From assembly GCA_964654205.1 (NCBI GenBank), contig CAZZHR010000001.1, forward strand, positions 65,953 through 129,952: a DNA stretch of 64,000 bases, read 5' to 3'. Shown piece after piece: positions 9,231 through 18,613 of this stretch (positions within the stretch are counted from its first letter, which is position 1; each line of letters starts with the position of its first letter). The DNA is from an uncultured Candidatus Saccharibacteria bacterium (GTDB taxonomy: Bacteria > Patescibacteriota > Minisyncoccia > Phycocordibacterales > UBA2100). The position numbers and the translations under genes were made by a program. Below the pieces are notes generated by a model. It was given only the letters and a program-made list of their open reading frames with translations. It was not told the DNA's origin and searched no databases.

Positions 9231-10886
9231 ATGGGACTTTCTGAGCTCGTACAGACACTCCTCAAAAAGCGCGGTATCGAAGACACCGCCGCATTCCTCT
9301 CTCCCGACTATGAGCTCCACACGCATTCGCACGCACTTTTTGCAGACATGGAAGCGGCAGTTTCGCGCGTGCTCGCAGCAGTAGAGAAAGGTGAACGCAT
9401 CGCTATCTACGCGGATTTTGATTGCGACGGTATTCCTGGCGCCGCACTTCTCTCTGACGTGTTTCAGAAAATCGGGTACGGAAACTACGAAATATACATA
9501 CCGCATCGCGACAAAGAGGGCTACGGCCTGCATACAGATGCTATCGATGCGCTGCGAGAGAGGGGTGTGACGCTCATGATAACGGTCGATGTGGGTACGA
9601 CAGCGGTAGACGCTGTTGCCTACGCGTCGGAGCGCGGTATCGACACGATTGTGACGGACCACCACGAGCTTGGCGCGGAGCTTCCGCGCGCTGTTGCAGT
9701 TCTCAATCCGAAGCGAGAGCCCTACCCGTACCCACATTTGTGCGGTGCCGGGGTCGCGTTCAAGTTTGCGCAGGCACTCATCGAAGCGGGCAAGAAGCGT
9801 GGCGTAGCGGGATTCGCGCCTGTTGCTCCAGGGTGGGAAAAGTGGCTCCTCGATCTCGTAGCAATCGCCACGGTGGCGGATATGGTCCCACTCATCGGCG
9901 AGAATCGCGTGCTTGCGCACTGGGGACTCACCGTGCTCCGTAAGTCGCCGCGGCCGGGCATTACAGCGCTTCTCTCGCAGCTCCGCATGCGGAAAGCGGA
10001 ACTCACCGAAGAGGATATTGGATTTTCCATCGCGCCGCGCATCAATGCCGCGTCGCGTATGGACAATCCTGACCTTGCGCTGAAACTCCTCACGGCCAAA
10101 GACCCGAAAGAAGCAGAAGAGATTGCGGCGAGCCTCGAGAAACTCAATGCGTCGCGCAAGGGTGTTGTCGCGGGAATCGTGCGCGAAGCAAAAAAGCGAA
10201 CGCGCGCGCGGTTCCAGCCGGGCGAAGTTGTCGTGCTCGGCGACCCTGAGTGGAAGCCGGCACTCCTTGGTCTCGCTGCAAATTCAATCATGGGTGATCG
10301 CGGTGGTGTCGTGTGCCTGTGGGGACGCGATGCGCTCGGTCGCATCAAGGGCTCGTGCCGTTCCGACGGGGAAATGTCCGTCGTCGAACTTCTCACCGGC
10401 GCGGGGGATGCCTTTACGGAATCGGGCGGGCACGCTGCGTCGGGAGGATTCACTGTTGCGGAGGGGGCAGTGCACACGCTCCCGGAGAGGCTTGCGAGTG
10501 TCGCGCAGAATCTCGTGCGCAAGACGGCCGCGGAGGTGGCGCGTGAGGATGCATCCATAGCGCTCCGCGAGGTTTCGTTCGCGCTTCTGCGTGACATCTC
10601 ACAGCTCGCGCCGTTTGGTATTGGCAACCCGAAGCCCCTGTTTCGTATACGCCGCGTTCGCGTCTGCGAAGTGCGCCGCTTCGGCAAAGAAAAGAACCAC
10701 GTCGAGGTGACGCTCGCGTGTCGGGAGACCTCTGCGACTGCGCGCGGATTTGATTTTTTCCGAGCCCCTGAGGATTTTACTTATGCACCCGTACCGCAGG
10801 CTGAGGCATCGGTGCTTGCGACGGTGGAGCGCGATACGTACCGCGGCGGCCTCGCGCTCAGATTGGTGGACATACTGCCCGCCTGA
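9231..10886 (+). CDS. recJ: Single-stranded-DNA-specific exonuclease RecJ
   Basis: DHH motifs (IYADFDCDGI, TVDVG, VTDHHE) and a DHHA1-like C-terminal region. Confidence 0.85.
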   Translation: MGLSELVQTLLKKRGIEDTAAFLSPDYELHTHSHALFADMEAAVSRVLAAVEKGERIAIYADFDCDGIPGAALLSDVFQKIGYGNYEIYIPHRDKEGYGLHTDAIDALRERGVTLMITVDVGTTAVDAVAYASERGIDTIVTDHHELGAELPRAVAVLNPKREPYPYPHLCGAGVAFKFAQALIEAGKKRGVAGFAPVAPGWEKWLLDLVAIATVADMVPLIGENRVLAHWGLTVLRKSPRPGITALLSQLRMRKAELTEEDIGFSIAPRINAASRMDNPDLALKLLTAKDPKEAEEIAASLEKLNASRKGVVAGIVREAKKRTRARFQPGEVVVLGDPEWKPALLGLAANSIMGDRGGVVCLWGRDALGRIKGSCRSDGEMSVVELLTGAGDAFTESGGHAASGGFTVAEGAVHTLPERLASVAQNLVRKTAAEVAREDASIALREVSFALLRDISQLAPFGIGNPKPLFRIRRVRVCEVRRFGKEKNHVEVTLACRETSATARGFDFFRAPEDFTYAPVPQAEASVLATVERDTYRGGLALRLVDILPA

Positions 10887-10898
10887 TATTCTCTACCC

Positions 10899-11609
10899 AT
10901 GTCCCGCATCATTATTTTCTGCGACGGTGCATCGAAGGGCAATCCGGGAAGCGGCGGATGGGGTGCTCTCGTCGCGACAGAGACGCACGTCGAAGAGCTC
11001 GGCGGAGCCGAGGCGCAGACGACCAACAATCGCATGGAACTGAAGGCCGCTTTCGAGGCACTCGCAAAAGCAAAAGGCTTTGGCGCGGAGACCGTCGATG
11101 TATACGCAGACTCGCAATACGTCATCGGCGGAGCGACGGCGTGGGGCAAAGGATGGCGGCGCAATGGATGGATTACTTCTACGAAGCAGCCAGTCCTCAA
11201 TCGTGACCTGTGGGAGCCACTTCTCGATTTGCTGGATTCTATGGACGCAAAAATTAGTTGGCACAACGTCGGCGGACACGTCGGCATCGGGGGCAACGAA
11301 CGAGTCGACGAAATTGCGTCCGGATTTGCGACGAATGGTGCACCACCGCTCTACTCAGGCGCGCGCGGCGAATACCCCATCGACCTTTCCAATATCGACG
11401 TCGACGAATCACTGCAAAAAAAGAAGTCCGAATCCAAAAGTCGCTCAAAGGCCAAGGCGTATTCGTACGTAAGCGAAGTCGATGGCGTCGTGGAGGTGCA
11501 TAAGACGTGGGGTGAGTGCGAAGCGCGCGTTCGCGGCAAAAAGGCTCGCTTCAAGAAAGCTCTCTCGGAACAGGAGGAAAAGATGATTGTAGAATCATTC
11601 TCGCGCTAA
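10899..11609 (+). CDS. rnhA: Ribonuclease HI with C-terminal hybrid-binding (caulimovirus viroplasmin-like) domain
   Basis: RNase H catalytic motifs (IFCDGASKGNPG, NNRMEL, YADSQYVI, GHVGIGGNERVDEIA). The C-terminal 'YSYVSEVDGVVEVHKTWGECEARVRGKKARFKKA' matches the HBD pattern of RNase H1, which is normally N-terminal. Confidence 0.85.
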   Translation: MSRIIIFCDGASKGNPGSGGWGALVATETHVEELGGAEAQTTNNRMELKAAFEALAKAKGFGAETVDVYADSQYVIGGATAWGKGWRRNGWITSTKQPVLNRDLWEPLLDLLDSMDAKISWHNVGGHVGIGGNERVDEIASGFATNGAPPLYSGARGEYPIDLSNIDVDESLQKKKSESKSRSKAKAYSYVSEVDGVVEVHKTWGECEARVRGKKARFKKALSEQEEKMIVESFSR

Positions 11610-11619
11610 GATTTGTTGA

Positions 11620-13143
11620 ATGTCCGGCAGAATAGTCTGGGCGGTGTGCGTAGGATTCCTTGCGGGAATTCTGCTCCGCTCGTTCTTCTTCCTCTCGTGG
11701 CCGTTCGCGGCTCTGCTCATTTTTCTCGGCGCAGTGATGCTGATATATCGCTTGACCGATATATCACGAAGCGGTATGTACGTGGCCTTGGCTGTTGCGT
11801 GTATCGCATGCAGTGCAGGAATACTTCGTATGGATTCCGCGGGGCTTGTGCACGACCCGAATCTGTACGAACGATTGAACGAAGATGTCGTCCTGGTTGG
11901 AAAAGTAGTTGCGGAGCCTGACGTCCGAGAGAAAAACGTCAGGTTGCGCGTGCGGGCAAGCGATATGATATATCATAACGCTACGACCTCTGTTGATGCC
12001 GGCGTGCTCGTCGTCGCGCCGCTTCACTCCGAAGTCTCATACGGTGACACTATCCGCGCGGAGGGGAGACTGCGACTTCCCGAGGCGTTCGATACCGGTT
12101 CCGGACGGGTGTTCGATTACCCGATGTTCCTCGCAAAAGACGGAGTGCTCTACGAGCTCGCGTTTGCGGAAATCGAAGTGCTCGAAACAGGCGGCGGCGA
12201 TGTTGTAAAGAAGGCTGCGCTTGGAATCAAGCAGCTGTATCTCACCGGATTGCAGCGCGCACTCCCGGAACCTGCGGCGGGACTCGCGGGCGGCATCACG
12301 GTGGGGGACAAACGCTCCATCGGAGAAGAGCTTTCGCAGGCTTTCATCAATGTCTCGCTCATCCACATCGTCGTCCTCTCCGGTTACAACATGACCGTCG
12401 TCATCAATGCGGCGGCGCAGGGGATGAAGTACGTCCCCGGCGCGACGCGCTCGGTGCAATTCGCGGTGAGCGGCGTCATCGTGCTTTTCTTCGTGCTTAT
12501 GACGGGAGGTGCGGCGAGTGCGACACGCGCGGGTGCGATGGCGCTCATCGCCACGTATGCGCGACTTTCGGGGCGTTCCTTTCTCGCGCTGCGCATCCTC
12601 GCGGTTGTCGCGGCGGCGATGGCACTCTGGAACCCATTTATCGTCGCGTTTGACCCCGGCTTCCAACTATCGATTCTCGCGACCGCAGGACTCATCCTCT
12701 TTACGCCGCTCATTGCGCCGTACCTCCCGTTCGTCACTGAGCGGTGGGGACTGCGTGAGATAGCCGCATCGACACTCGCGACGCAAATGGCGGTGCTCCC
12801 ACTCCTCTTGTACCAGAATGGACTCCTCAGTATTTCCGCGATACCGGCGAATCTCCTTACGCTCATCTTCGTTCCGGCTGCAATGCTCTTTTCATTCATC
12901 GCATCTCTCGCGGGACTTATTCTCGGCTCATTCGGAACGATTGTCGCGCTTCCCGCGCTCGCGCTCCTCACGTACATCATAAAAGTAGCGGAGATTCTTT
13001 CTACAATTCCCTATGCATCTGTCACCGTCCCCGCATTCGGCGTCTGGCTCATGGTGGTGATGTACATCTTGCTCGCCGCCGGCTACGTATGGCTCAAAAA
13101 CAAAGCGCCCCCGACGGAGTCCGGGGACGCTGGTCGCCGATAA
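11620..13143 (+). CDS. comEC: ComEC/Rec2 DNA-uptake channel, competence domain only (no MBL domain)
   Basis: Polytopic membrane protein with the competence motif region 'LSQAFINVSLIHIVVLSGYNMTVV'. It ends without the usual C-terminal metallo-beta-lactamase domain. Confidence 0.8.
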   Translation: MSGRIVWAVCVGFLAGILLRSFFFLSWPFAALLIFLGAVMLIYRLTDISRSGMYVALAVACIACSAGILRMDSAGLVHDPNLYERLNEDVVLVGKVVAEPDVREKNVRLRVRASDMIYHNATTSVDAGVLVVAPLHSEVSYGDTIRAEGRLRLPEAFDTGSGRVFDYPMFLAKDGVLYELAFAEIEVLETGGGDVVKKAALGIKQLYLTGLQRALPEPAAGLAGGITVGDKRSIGEELSQAFINVSLIHIVVLSGYNMTVVINAAAQGMKYVPGATRSVQFAVSGVIVLFFVLMTGGAASATRAGAMALIATYARLSGRSFLALRILAVVAAAMALWNPFIVAFDPGFQLSILATAGLILFTPLIAPYLPFVTERWGLREIAASTLATQMAVLPLLLYQNGLLSISAIPANLLTLIFVPAAMLFSFIASLAGLILGSFGTIVALPALALLTYIIKVAEILSTIPYASVTVPAFGVWLMVVMYILLAAGYVWLKNKAPPTESGDAGRR

Positions 13144-13199
13144 CGCGGCGACAAATGTTCTTGCTGCAACCGTCGGCCTTACGCGCCGACGCGCTGCCG

Positions 13200-13937
13200 T
13201 TAGTTGCTGCCGTAGGCAGCCTGCTCGGTCGCGGCCGCGCGCTTCGCCTCGGCGCTGTCCGGCGCCGGATTCTGCCCGCTAGCGAGCGACGGGTGCTGCG
13301 CCTGCCAGTCCGCGCCCTGCTCCTGCGTCGGCGTGTCGGCGAGGAAACCGCCCTTCGGCAGTTCCTCGGCGTTGCCGGTCGCCGGCGCATCGGCGCCGTC
13401 GAGCGTCTCGACGAAGGCCAGCACGGTGGTGAGCTCGGGCTCGGTGACCTGGAGCAGCTTCGCGAGGTCGCTGATCTTGGTGGTGAGCGGCTGGCTCTGG
13501 CCCTGCGTGACCACATCCGGCAGCACGGTCGTGATGCCGAAGAACACGGTCCGGTACAGGCTGGCGTGGGACGGATTGGCCTTCGCCGCCGTCTCCAGGT
13601 CGGTCAGCACGCGGATCGCGCCGGCGCCCGTGTGCATGTCGCCCTCAAACGAGCCGAAGAACAGCGCCTGGGCGCCGAGCCGGCGCAGATAGGTCTGGAC
13701 GTCGGCGTGCTGCTCGATATCGAACTTCGCGATGGTCGGCGCGACGATGGCGATGGCCGGGATGTGGTTGGCCTGCACGGTGATCTGCGCGAGCGACTGA
13801 ATCAGCGCAAGCGCCGTACCCATGTCGGTCGACGTGGCGACGAGCCGCGTGATGGCCGTCTCCGGCTGGATGCCGGCCAGCAGACGGCTGGTCATGTCGC
13901 TCATGGTCGGCTTGCCGTTGGTCTTGGGTTTCGTCAC
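13200..13937 (-). CDS. Hypothetical protein on a compositionally distinct high-GC island
   Basis: 245-aa ORF with balanced amino-acid composition in a ~70% GC segment. The opposite-strand ORF is Arg-rich, i.e. an antisense artefact. A TTGACA-16-TTACTG promoter-like element lies upstream on the minus strand. Confidence 0.5.
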   Translation of the reverse strand: MTKPKTNGKPTMSDMTSRLLAGIQPETAITRLVATSTDMGTALALIQSLAQITVQANHIPAIAIVAPTIAKFDIEQHADVQTYLRRLGAQALFFGSFEGDMHTGAGAIRVLTDLETAAKANPSHASLYRTVFFGITTVLPDVVTQGQSQPLTTKISDLAKLLQVTEPELTTVLAFVETLDGADAPATGNAEELPKGGFLADTPTQEQGADWQAQHPSLASGQNPAPDSAEAKRAAATEQAAYGSN

Positions 13938-14049
13938 TGGATCGTTCCTTCTGTGTTGGGTCAGGCCGCTCAGCGGCCTGATCTCTCAGGCCACAGCGGC
14001 TGCTGTGACTGGGCGGGACAGTAACACTACTGATTTGTCGTGTCAAATG

Positions 14050-14080
14050 CAGACGGCGCCCCAAGGAGGGGCGCCGTCTG
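14050..14080 (-). terminator. 13-bp perfect stem-loop (CAGACGGCGCCCC/GGGGCGCCGTCTG) downstream of the minus-strand membrane protein gene
   Basis: Perfect inverted repeat read directly. It lies 20 bp beyond the stop of the 14101..14538(-) ORF. Confidence 0.6.
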
Positions 14081-14100
14081 AAGAATCAAGAGTGACGAAC

Positions 14101-14538
14101 CTACATTACCGGCGCAGGAGCAGAGGAGCCGCGGCCTTTCCACCAGCCGACGAGAGCGGCCGGAACCACCCAGTAGCAGAGGAGGACGACTGTCGACGCG
14201 CTCAAGAGGAACGGACCGAAATTCGGGATGACCGATACCATCTGTGAGAGCGAACCGGTCTGCGTGAGTACGCCTGCGATACCAGAGATGAAGGCGACAA
14301 CGAGCGAGAGCGCAAAGCCCAATGCCCCGAATATCACGCCTGTCTTGAGGTCGCGCACGCCATACCACATCGCGAGGAGGGCTACGACGATAGCGGAGAG
14401 AACGACAAACGCGATGTACTGCGGCGTGAGCATGCCAGGCGTAGCGCTGGGCGGGATGAGCGCGATTATTGCCGCGACTACCGTGTTGGTGAGGTAATTG
14501 CCGAGAAACGTGACAAGGATTGCCTTTTGATAATTCAT
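14101..14538 (-). CDS. Small integral membrane protein (4 predicted TM helices)
   Basis: 145-aa hydrophobic ORF with no recognisable motif. Confidence 0.55.
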   Translation of the reverse strand: MNYQKAILVTFLGNYLTNTVVAAIIALIPPSATPGMLTPQYIAFVVLSAIVVALLAMWYGVRDLKTGVIFGALGFALSLVVAFISGIAGVLTQTGSLSQMVSVIPNFGPFLLSASTVVLLCYWVVPAALVGWWKGRGSSAPAPVM

Positions 14539-14726
14539 AGAGCGCTGTGAGTGCTAATACCTACAGGATATCATGCGCTCGCCGCAGTAAAGCGCTTTTC
14601 CACTGCTTCGCTCCTAGCGTAGCGAAGAAGGTCGACAGTGTCCTGCGAAGCTGTACGCCGAGCAGGGCTATGAGCTGTTTTCCCCACAAGTCAGTACGAG
14701 CTTCGCAGTGCAAGCACACATAAGAG

Positions 14727-15335
14727 CTAAGTTGCTTGCTCGAACCTCTTTTCGATAACGCCCCAGTTGAGATTCTTGAAGAATGCATCTATATATTGTG
14801 TCTTCCCCGCAGGCAGCGCCCCATAATCGAGGACATATGAATGCTCCCACACGTCGAGTGCGAGGATGATGGGGAGTGTGGCAAAGTGCCCCTGGTGCTG
14901 CTCACCGACGAAGCCGCCGAGAAACTGTCCCGCCCGCCCGCCCGCTGGCGGATCCCAGTAGAGCATTGCCCACCCGGGTCCGCGCATCTTGGCGATGGCT
15001 TTCATGTACTCCACCAGGTACTCGGGCTTGTGATAATCCCTCACTATCGCGTCGTAGAACGCGCCACTTGTAGGCATGGGAGATGTGCCGCCTTCGAACT
15101 GCGGGAAGTAGAGCTCGTGCAGTCGCATTCCGTCGAATTCGAAAGAGCGACGACGAAGGAGCTCGGAGAGTGCGTGCACATGCTTCTCGCTGTCTTTCGC
15201 GTATTCGGCGAGGAGCGAGGATATCGCATTGAAATTCTTGACGTACCCCTCATACAGACCGATGTGTTCGTCAATCGATTTTTTTGATATCCCATCGAGT
15301 TCAGGTATCGAGAATTTCTTCGGTTGGTATTCCAT
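14727..15335 (-). CDS. Fe/Mn superoxide dismutase
   Basis: Metal-ligand context 'HH..H' and 'DVWEHSY' (family motif DVWEHAYY). Length 202 aa. Confidence 0.9.
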   Translation of the reverse strand: MEYQPKKFSIPELDGISKKSIDEHIGLYEGYVKNFNAISSLLAEYAKDSEKHVHALSELLRRRSFEFDGMRLHELYFPQFEGGTSPMPTSGAFYDAIVRDYHKPEYLVEYMKAIAKMRGPGWAMLYWDPPAGGRAGQFLGGFVGEQHQGHFATLPIILALDVWEHSYVLDYGALPAGKTQYIDAFFKNLNWGVIEKRFEQAT

Positions 15336-15378
15336 TGCATCAATATAACATCGCCGTTCGTGAAGCTAGAATGTACGG

Positions 15379-16233
15379 ATGCGCTCTTCGTCGAAGTTCG
15401 TCGCTTTCCTCCTCGCCCTCCTTGTCCTCGTGCTCGGATGCATTGCATACGCCATCGCGCACGAAGACCGAGGCGGACTCCTCACCGTATCGTTCCTCGA
15501 CGTAGGGCAAGGCGATGCGATTTTTATCGACGCACCGTCGGGGCGACAGGTGCTCATCGACGGCGGACCGAACGCGCAGGTGCTTCGCGCATTGTCCCGC
15601 GAAATGCCGTGGTACGACAGGCATATCGACGTCGTGCTCGCGACGCATCCGGATGCCGACCACATCGGCGGACTCGTGGACGTACTCGAACGCTATAAGG
15701 TCGACACGATTGTGCGTTCGAGCGCGGAAGGCGATACCGCGCTCGCCGAGACGTTTGATAGTCTCGCCACTTCTGGCAGATATGCGACTTTTTTCGCAGA
15801 GCGCGGACATATCCTCGACCTCGGGGAGGGCGCGCAGCTGGAAATACTCTTTCCGGACAGGCCGGTTCCTGGACTCGAAGCGAACGTCGGGTGTGTCGTC
15901 GCGCGACTGACGTACGGCGACACCGCATTCATGCTCCCGTGCGATACGCCTGATGAAATAGAGCTCTACCTTGCCCGACTAGGTCGCGACCGTTTGAAAG
16001 CAGATGTGCTCAAAGCTGCGCACCATGGCTCAAAAACGTCGTCGGCCGCGGCGTTCGTCGGTGCCGTGTCTCCGGCGTACGCGGTATTCTCGCGCGGCTG
16101 CGAAAACAGCTACGGACACCCACATCCGGACGTCGTTGCCACATTTGAGCGGTTCGAAATCTCGACACTCGACACGTGCGAAGAGGGGACGATTACGTTT
16201 GTGAGCGATGGACAAACGGTGTCGCTTCGGTAG
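15379..16233 (+). CDS. ComEC-type metallo-beta-lactamase-fold domain protein (stand-alone, membrane-anchored)
   Basis: N-terminal TM segment, 'LTVSFLDVGQGDAIFIDAP' and 'ATHPDADHIGG' motifs of the ComEC C-terminal MBL domain, plus 'KAAHHGSKTS'. Confidence 0.8.
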   Translation: MRSSSKFVAFLLALLVLVLGCIAYAIAHEDRGGLLTVSFLDVGQGDAIFIDAPSGRQVLIDGGPNAQVLRALSREMPWYDRHIDVVLATHPDADHIGGLVDVLERYKVDTIVRSSAEGDTALAETFDSLATSGRYATFFAERGHILDLGEGAQLEILFPDRPVPGLEANVGCVVARLTYGDTAFMLPCDTPDEIELYLARLGRDRLKADVLKAAHHGSKTSSAAAFVGAVSPAYAVFSRGCENSYGHPHPDVVATFERFEISTLDTCEEGTITFVSDGQTVSLR

Positions 16234-16278
16234 TGTTGGGAAGGCATGCACTCCCGTGCATGAACCCGAGGAGGCCGT

Positions 16279-16425
16279 ATGAAAAAGTTTTTCATCGCAC
16301 TCGCCAAATTCATCGGATATGGCGGAGCACAGGGACTTGTCGACCCATCGCGTGTCGAGGGTCGTGACCGCCCGAGGGTGAGGACAATCGTCATCGAGGG
16401 CAAGCGGAGAAGCTGGACGTTCTAA
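16279..16425 (+). CDS. Candidate small protein (48 aa)
   Basis: GGAGG 5 nt upstream of the ATG. It ends ~20 bp before a GC hairpin with a T-tract (16446..16473). It is not in the ORF track because it is shorter than 60 aa. Confidence 0.3.
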   Translation: MKKFFIALAKFIGYGGAQGLVDPSRVEGRDRPRVRTIVIEGKRRSWTF

Positions 16426-16445
16426 GACTCCGTTGGTCTACACGC

Positions 16446-16473
16446 GAAAAAGGCCGCCTTCGGGCGGCCTTTG
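16446..16473. terminator. Rho-independent terminator (GGCCGCC-TTCG-GGCGGCC plus T tract), flanked by A-run and T-run, bidirectional
   Basis: Read directly. It serves minus-strand rpmB and the plus-strand small ORF. Confidence 0.7.
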
Positions 16474-16511
16474 ACTTTCATGGATGAGAGAACGTTGCAG
16501 GTCGGCGCTTG

Positions 16512-16757
16512 TTAGGCAAGAATCCCCGCTTTCTTGAGCGTCTGGAAGGCGCCGCGCTTTTTCATCGTCTTGAGGCCCTTGGCCGAGACATGTACGGTGA
16601 TTTTCTTGCCGAGCTCGGGGAGAAAAATGGTCTTTTTCTGGAGGTTCACCTGGCGGCGGCGCGCACCCGTCGGGTTGAATTTGGTAGCACGAACACGGTT
16701 GGAGTACCCGCCCCCAACCTGGCTCTTCTTTCCTGTGATGTCGCAGACCTTGGCCAT
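16512..16757 (-). CDS. rpmB: 50S ribosomal protein L28
   Basis: MAKVCDITGKK..GYSNRVRATK..RRQVNLQ pattern. Start taken at the internal Met. Confidence 0.88.
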   Translation of the reverse strand: MAKVCDITGKKSQVGGGYSNRVRATKFNPTGARRRQVNLQKKTIFLPELGKKITVHVSAKGLKTMKKRGAFQTLKKAGILA

Positions 16758-16894
16758 ACGTCGGCGAACTGTACCGCAGGGGGTGTATAAAGTCAAAAAA
16801 CAGGAGGCAAAAGTGTATACCCCATGAGATACCCCACTCTAGATTCTGGCGATATATTCGAATCTCACTATCTCACGGGGTATACTGATGCACT

Positions 16895-17521
16895 ATGGAA
16901 TTCAGCGACACGATATTCCTCATCGTGGTTATCATATTCTCGGCCGTCATACACGAGGTGATGCACGGCGTTGCGGCAGATAAACTGGGCGACCCTACAG
17001 CGCGCTATGCGGGTCGGCTTACGCTCAACCCCATCCCGCACCTCGACCCCATCGGCTCTGTGCTCGTCCCGGTACTCCTCGCGTTCTCGGGTGCGTCCTT
17101 TTTCTTCGCCTGGGCGAAGCCAGTGCCGTACAATCCGTACAATCTTCGACCCGGTCGCTTTTCAGAAGCGATCGTCGCATTTGCAGGACCACTCTCCAAC
17201 CTCGTCATCGCGCTCGTCACGGGGCTCCTCATGCAGACCATAGCCTTCGCACCGGAGGTCACCGCAATCCTCTTCCTCATCGTCGCGGTCAACGTGATGC
17301 TCTTCCTCTTCAACCTCTTCCCTATACCGCCGCTCGATGGCTCCAAAATACTTTCTTCTCTTCTGCCTGGCGCCATCGGCCGCACCTACGATGGGTGGCG
17401 CGCACGCATGGAATACAACCCCTTCCTTGGCATGGGGCTCGTGCTCGTGGTCATTGTCGTCTTCGGCCAGGCGTTCGGCACGTTCGTCTTCGGGGTAGCG
17501 CGTCTCATCGCGGGAGTATAG
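16895..17521 (+). CDS. Peptidase M50 / site-2-protease-family membrane metalloprotease (minimal form)
   Basis: HEVMH zinc motif within a TM helix and 'LNPIPHLDP', with several TM segments. Confidence 0.75.
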   Translation: MEFSDTIFLIVVIIFSAVIHEVMHGVAADKLGDPTARYAGRLTLNPIPHLDPIGSVLVPVLLAFSGASFFFAWAKPVPYNPYNLRPGRFSEAIVAFAGPLSNLVIALVTGLLMQTIAFAPEVTAILFLIVAVNVMLFLFNLFPIPPLDGSKILSSLLPGAIGRTYDGWRARMEYNPFLGMGLVLVVIVVFGQAFGTFVFGVARLIAGV

Positions 17522-17593
17522 GGCTCATCCTTGCGCCCGCAGGGCATTAATAGTAGTATCTCGGCATTCCCCTCGGGGGATTTTTGATTGACA

Positions 17594-18010
17594 ATGGCTA
17601 CGATAAACCAGCTCGCACGCAAAGGACGCAACCCGCGCGTGTACAAATCCAAGACCGGCGCGCTCGCGCGCGGTTTCAACACGCTCAAGAACCGCCCCTC
17701 TTTCTACCCGGCGCCCTTCAAGCGCGGTGTGTGCACTCGCGTCACGACCAAGACGCCTAGGAAGCCCAACTCCGCCATCCGCAAAATCGCCCGTGTCCGT
17801 CTTTCCAATGGGATGGAAATCACCGCCTATATCCCGGGCGAGGGGCACAACCTCCAGGAGCACTCGGTCGTCCTCGTGCGCGGTGGTCGCGTGAAAGACA
17901 TCGGCATCCGCTACACTATCGTGCGCGGTAAGCTCGACGCGACAGGAGTGGAGAAGCGCCGCCGCGGTCGCTCACGATACGGGGCCAAGAAGCCGAAGGC
18001 CGCCAAGTAA
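17594..18010 (+). CDS. rpsL: 30S ribosomal protein S12
   Basis: [12 protein letters not shown]-terminus and 'PNSAIRK..RVRL' core. Confidence 0.95.
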   Translation: MATINQLARKGRNPRVYKSKTGALARGFNTLKNRPSFYPAPFKRGVCTRVTTKTPRKPNSAIRKIARVRLSNGMEITAYIPGEGHNLQEHSVVLVRGGRVKDIGIRYTIVRGKLDATGVEKRRRGRSRYGAKKPKAAK

Positions 18011-18050
18011 TTTCCTATAACCTACAACCTGTTCCCTCTAAACTATCTCT

Positions 18051-18512
18051 ATGCGACGCCCCGTAAAAAATCGTAAACAGCCGCAGCCCGACGAAGTGTA
18101 CGGGTCTCTGAAAGTTGCGAAGCTCATCAATTACGTGATGGAGCGCGGCAAGAAGGACACTGCGCGCAAGATCGTCTACAAGGTGATGGAGGAGCTCAAG
18201 AAGGAGGGTGACCCTGTCGCCATTCTCGAAGAGGCGCTCGACAAGGCGGCTCCGTCGGTAGAAGTGCGCTCACGCCGTGTCGGCGGCGCCAACTACCAGG
18301 TCCCGCGCGAGGTGCGCCCAGAGCGTCGTCTCGCACTCGGGCTTCGCTGGATAGTAGAGGCGGCCGAGGGTACGAAGGGGGTTCCGATGGCTGATGCTCT
18401 CCTCAAGGAAATACAGGCAGCATACAAAGGAGAGGGCAGTGCGGTCACCAAGAAAGAAACCACGCACCGCATGGCGGAAGCCAACAAAGCATTCGCTCAC
18501 TTTGCCTGGTAG
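18051..18512 (+). CDS. rpsG: 30S ribosomal protein S7
   Basis: S7 family pattern (KLINYVMERGKKDTA, GANYQVP.EVRPERR). Confidence 0.95.
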   Translation: MRRPVKNRKQPQPDEVYGSLKVAKLINYVMERGKKDTARKIVYKVMEELKKEGDPVAILEEALDKAAPSVEVRSRRVGGANYQVPREVRPERRLALGLRWIVEAAEGTKGVPMADALLKEIQAAYKGEGSAVTKKETTHRMAEANKAFAHFAW

Positions 18513-18579
18513 GGGAGAAGCTCCGCTTTATGGCGCGTGCAGGCCGACCGGTTTCTTTGGTGACGCATTCATGTATCAT

Positions 18580-18603
18580 CATCTGATGTCCTATCGGACA
18601 TCA
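18580..18603. terminator. Hairpin (CTGATGTCC-TATC-GGACATCAG) between convergent rpsG and PaaX-like gene
   Basis: Inverted repeat read directly. Confidence 0.5.
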
Positions 18604-18613
18604 GCAAGGCATA

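Noticed and set aside
9722-10687. 321-aa minus-strand ORF
   Set aside because: Antisense shadow of recJ, with Ser/Arg/Ala-rich low-complexity.
13089-14024. 311-aa plus-strand ORF in the high-GC island
   Set aside because: Extremely Arg/Gly/Leu-rich. The complementary strand carries the compositionally normal ORF 13200..13937.
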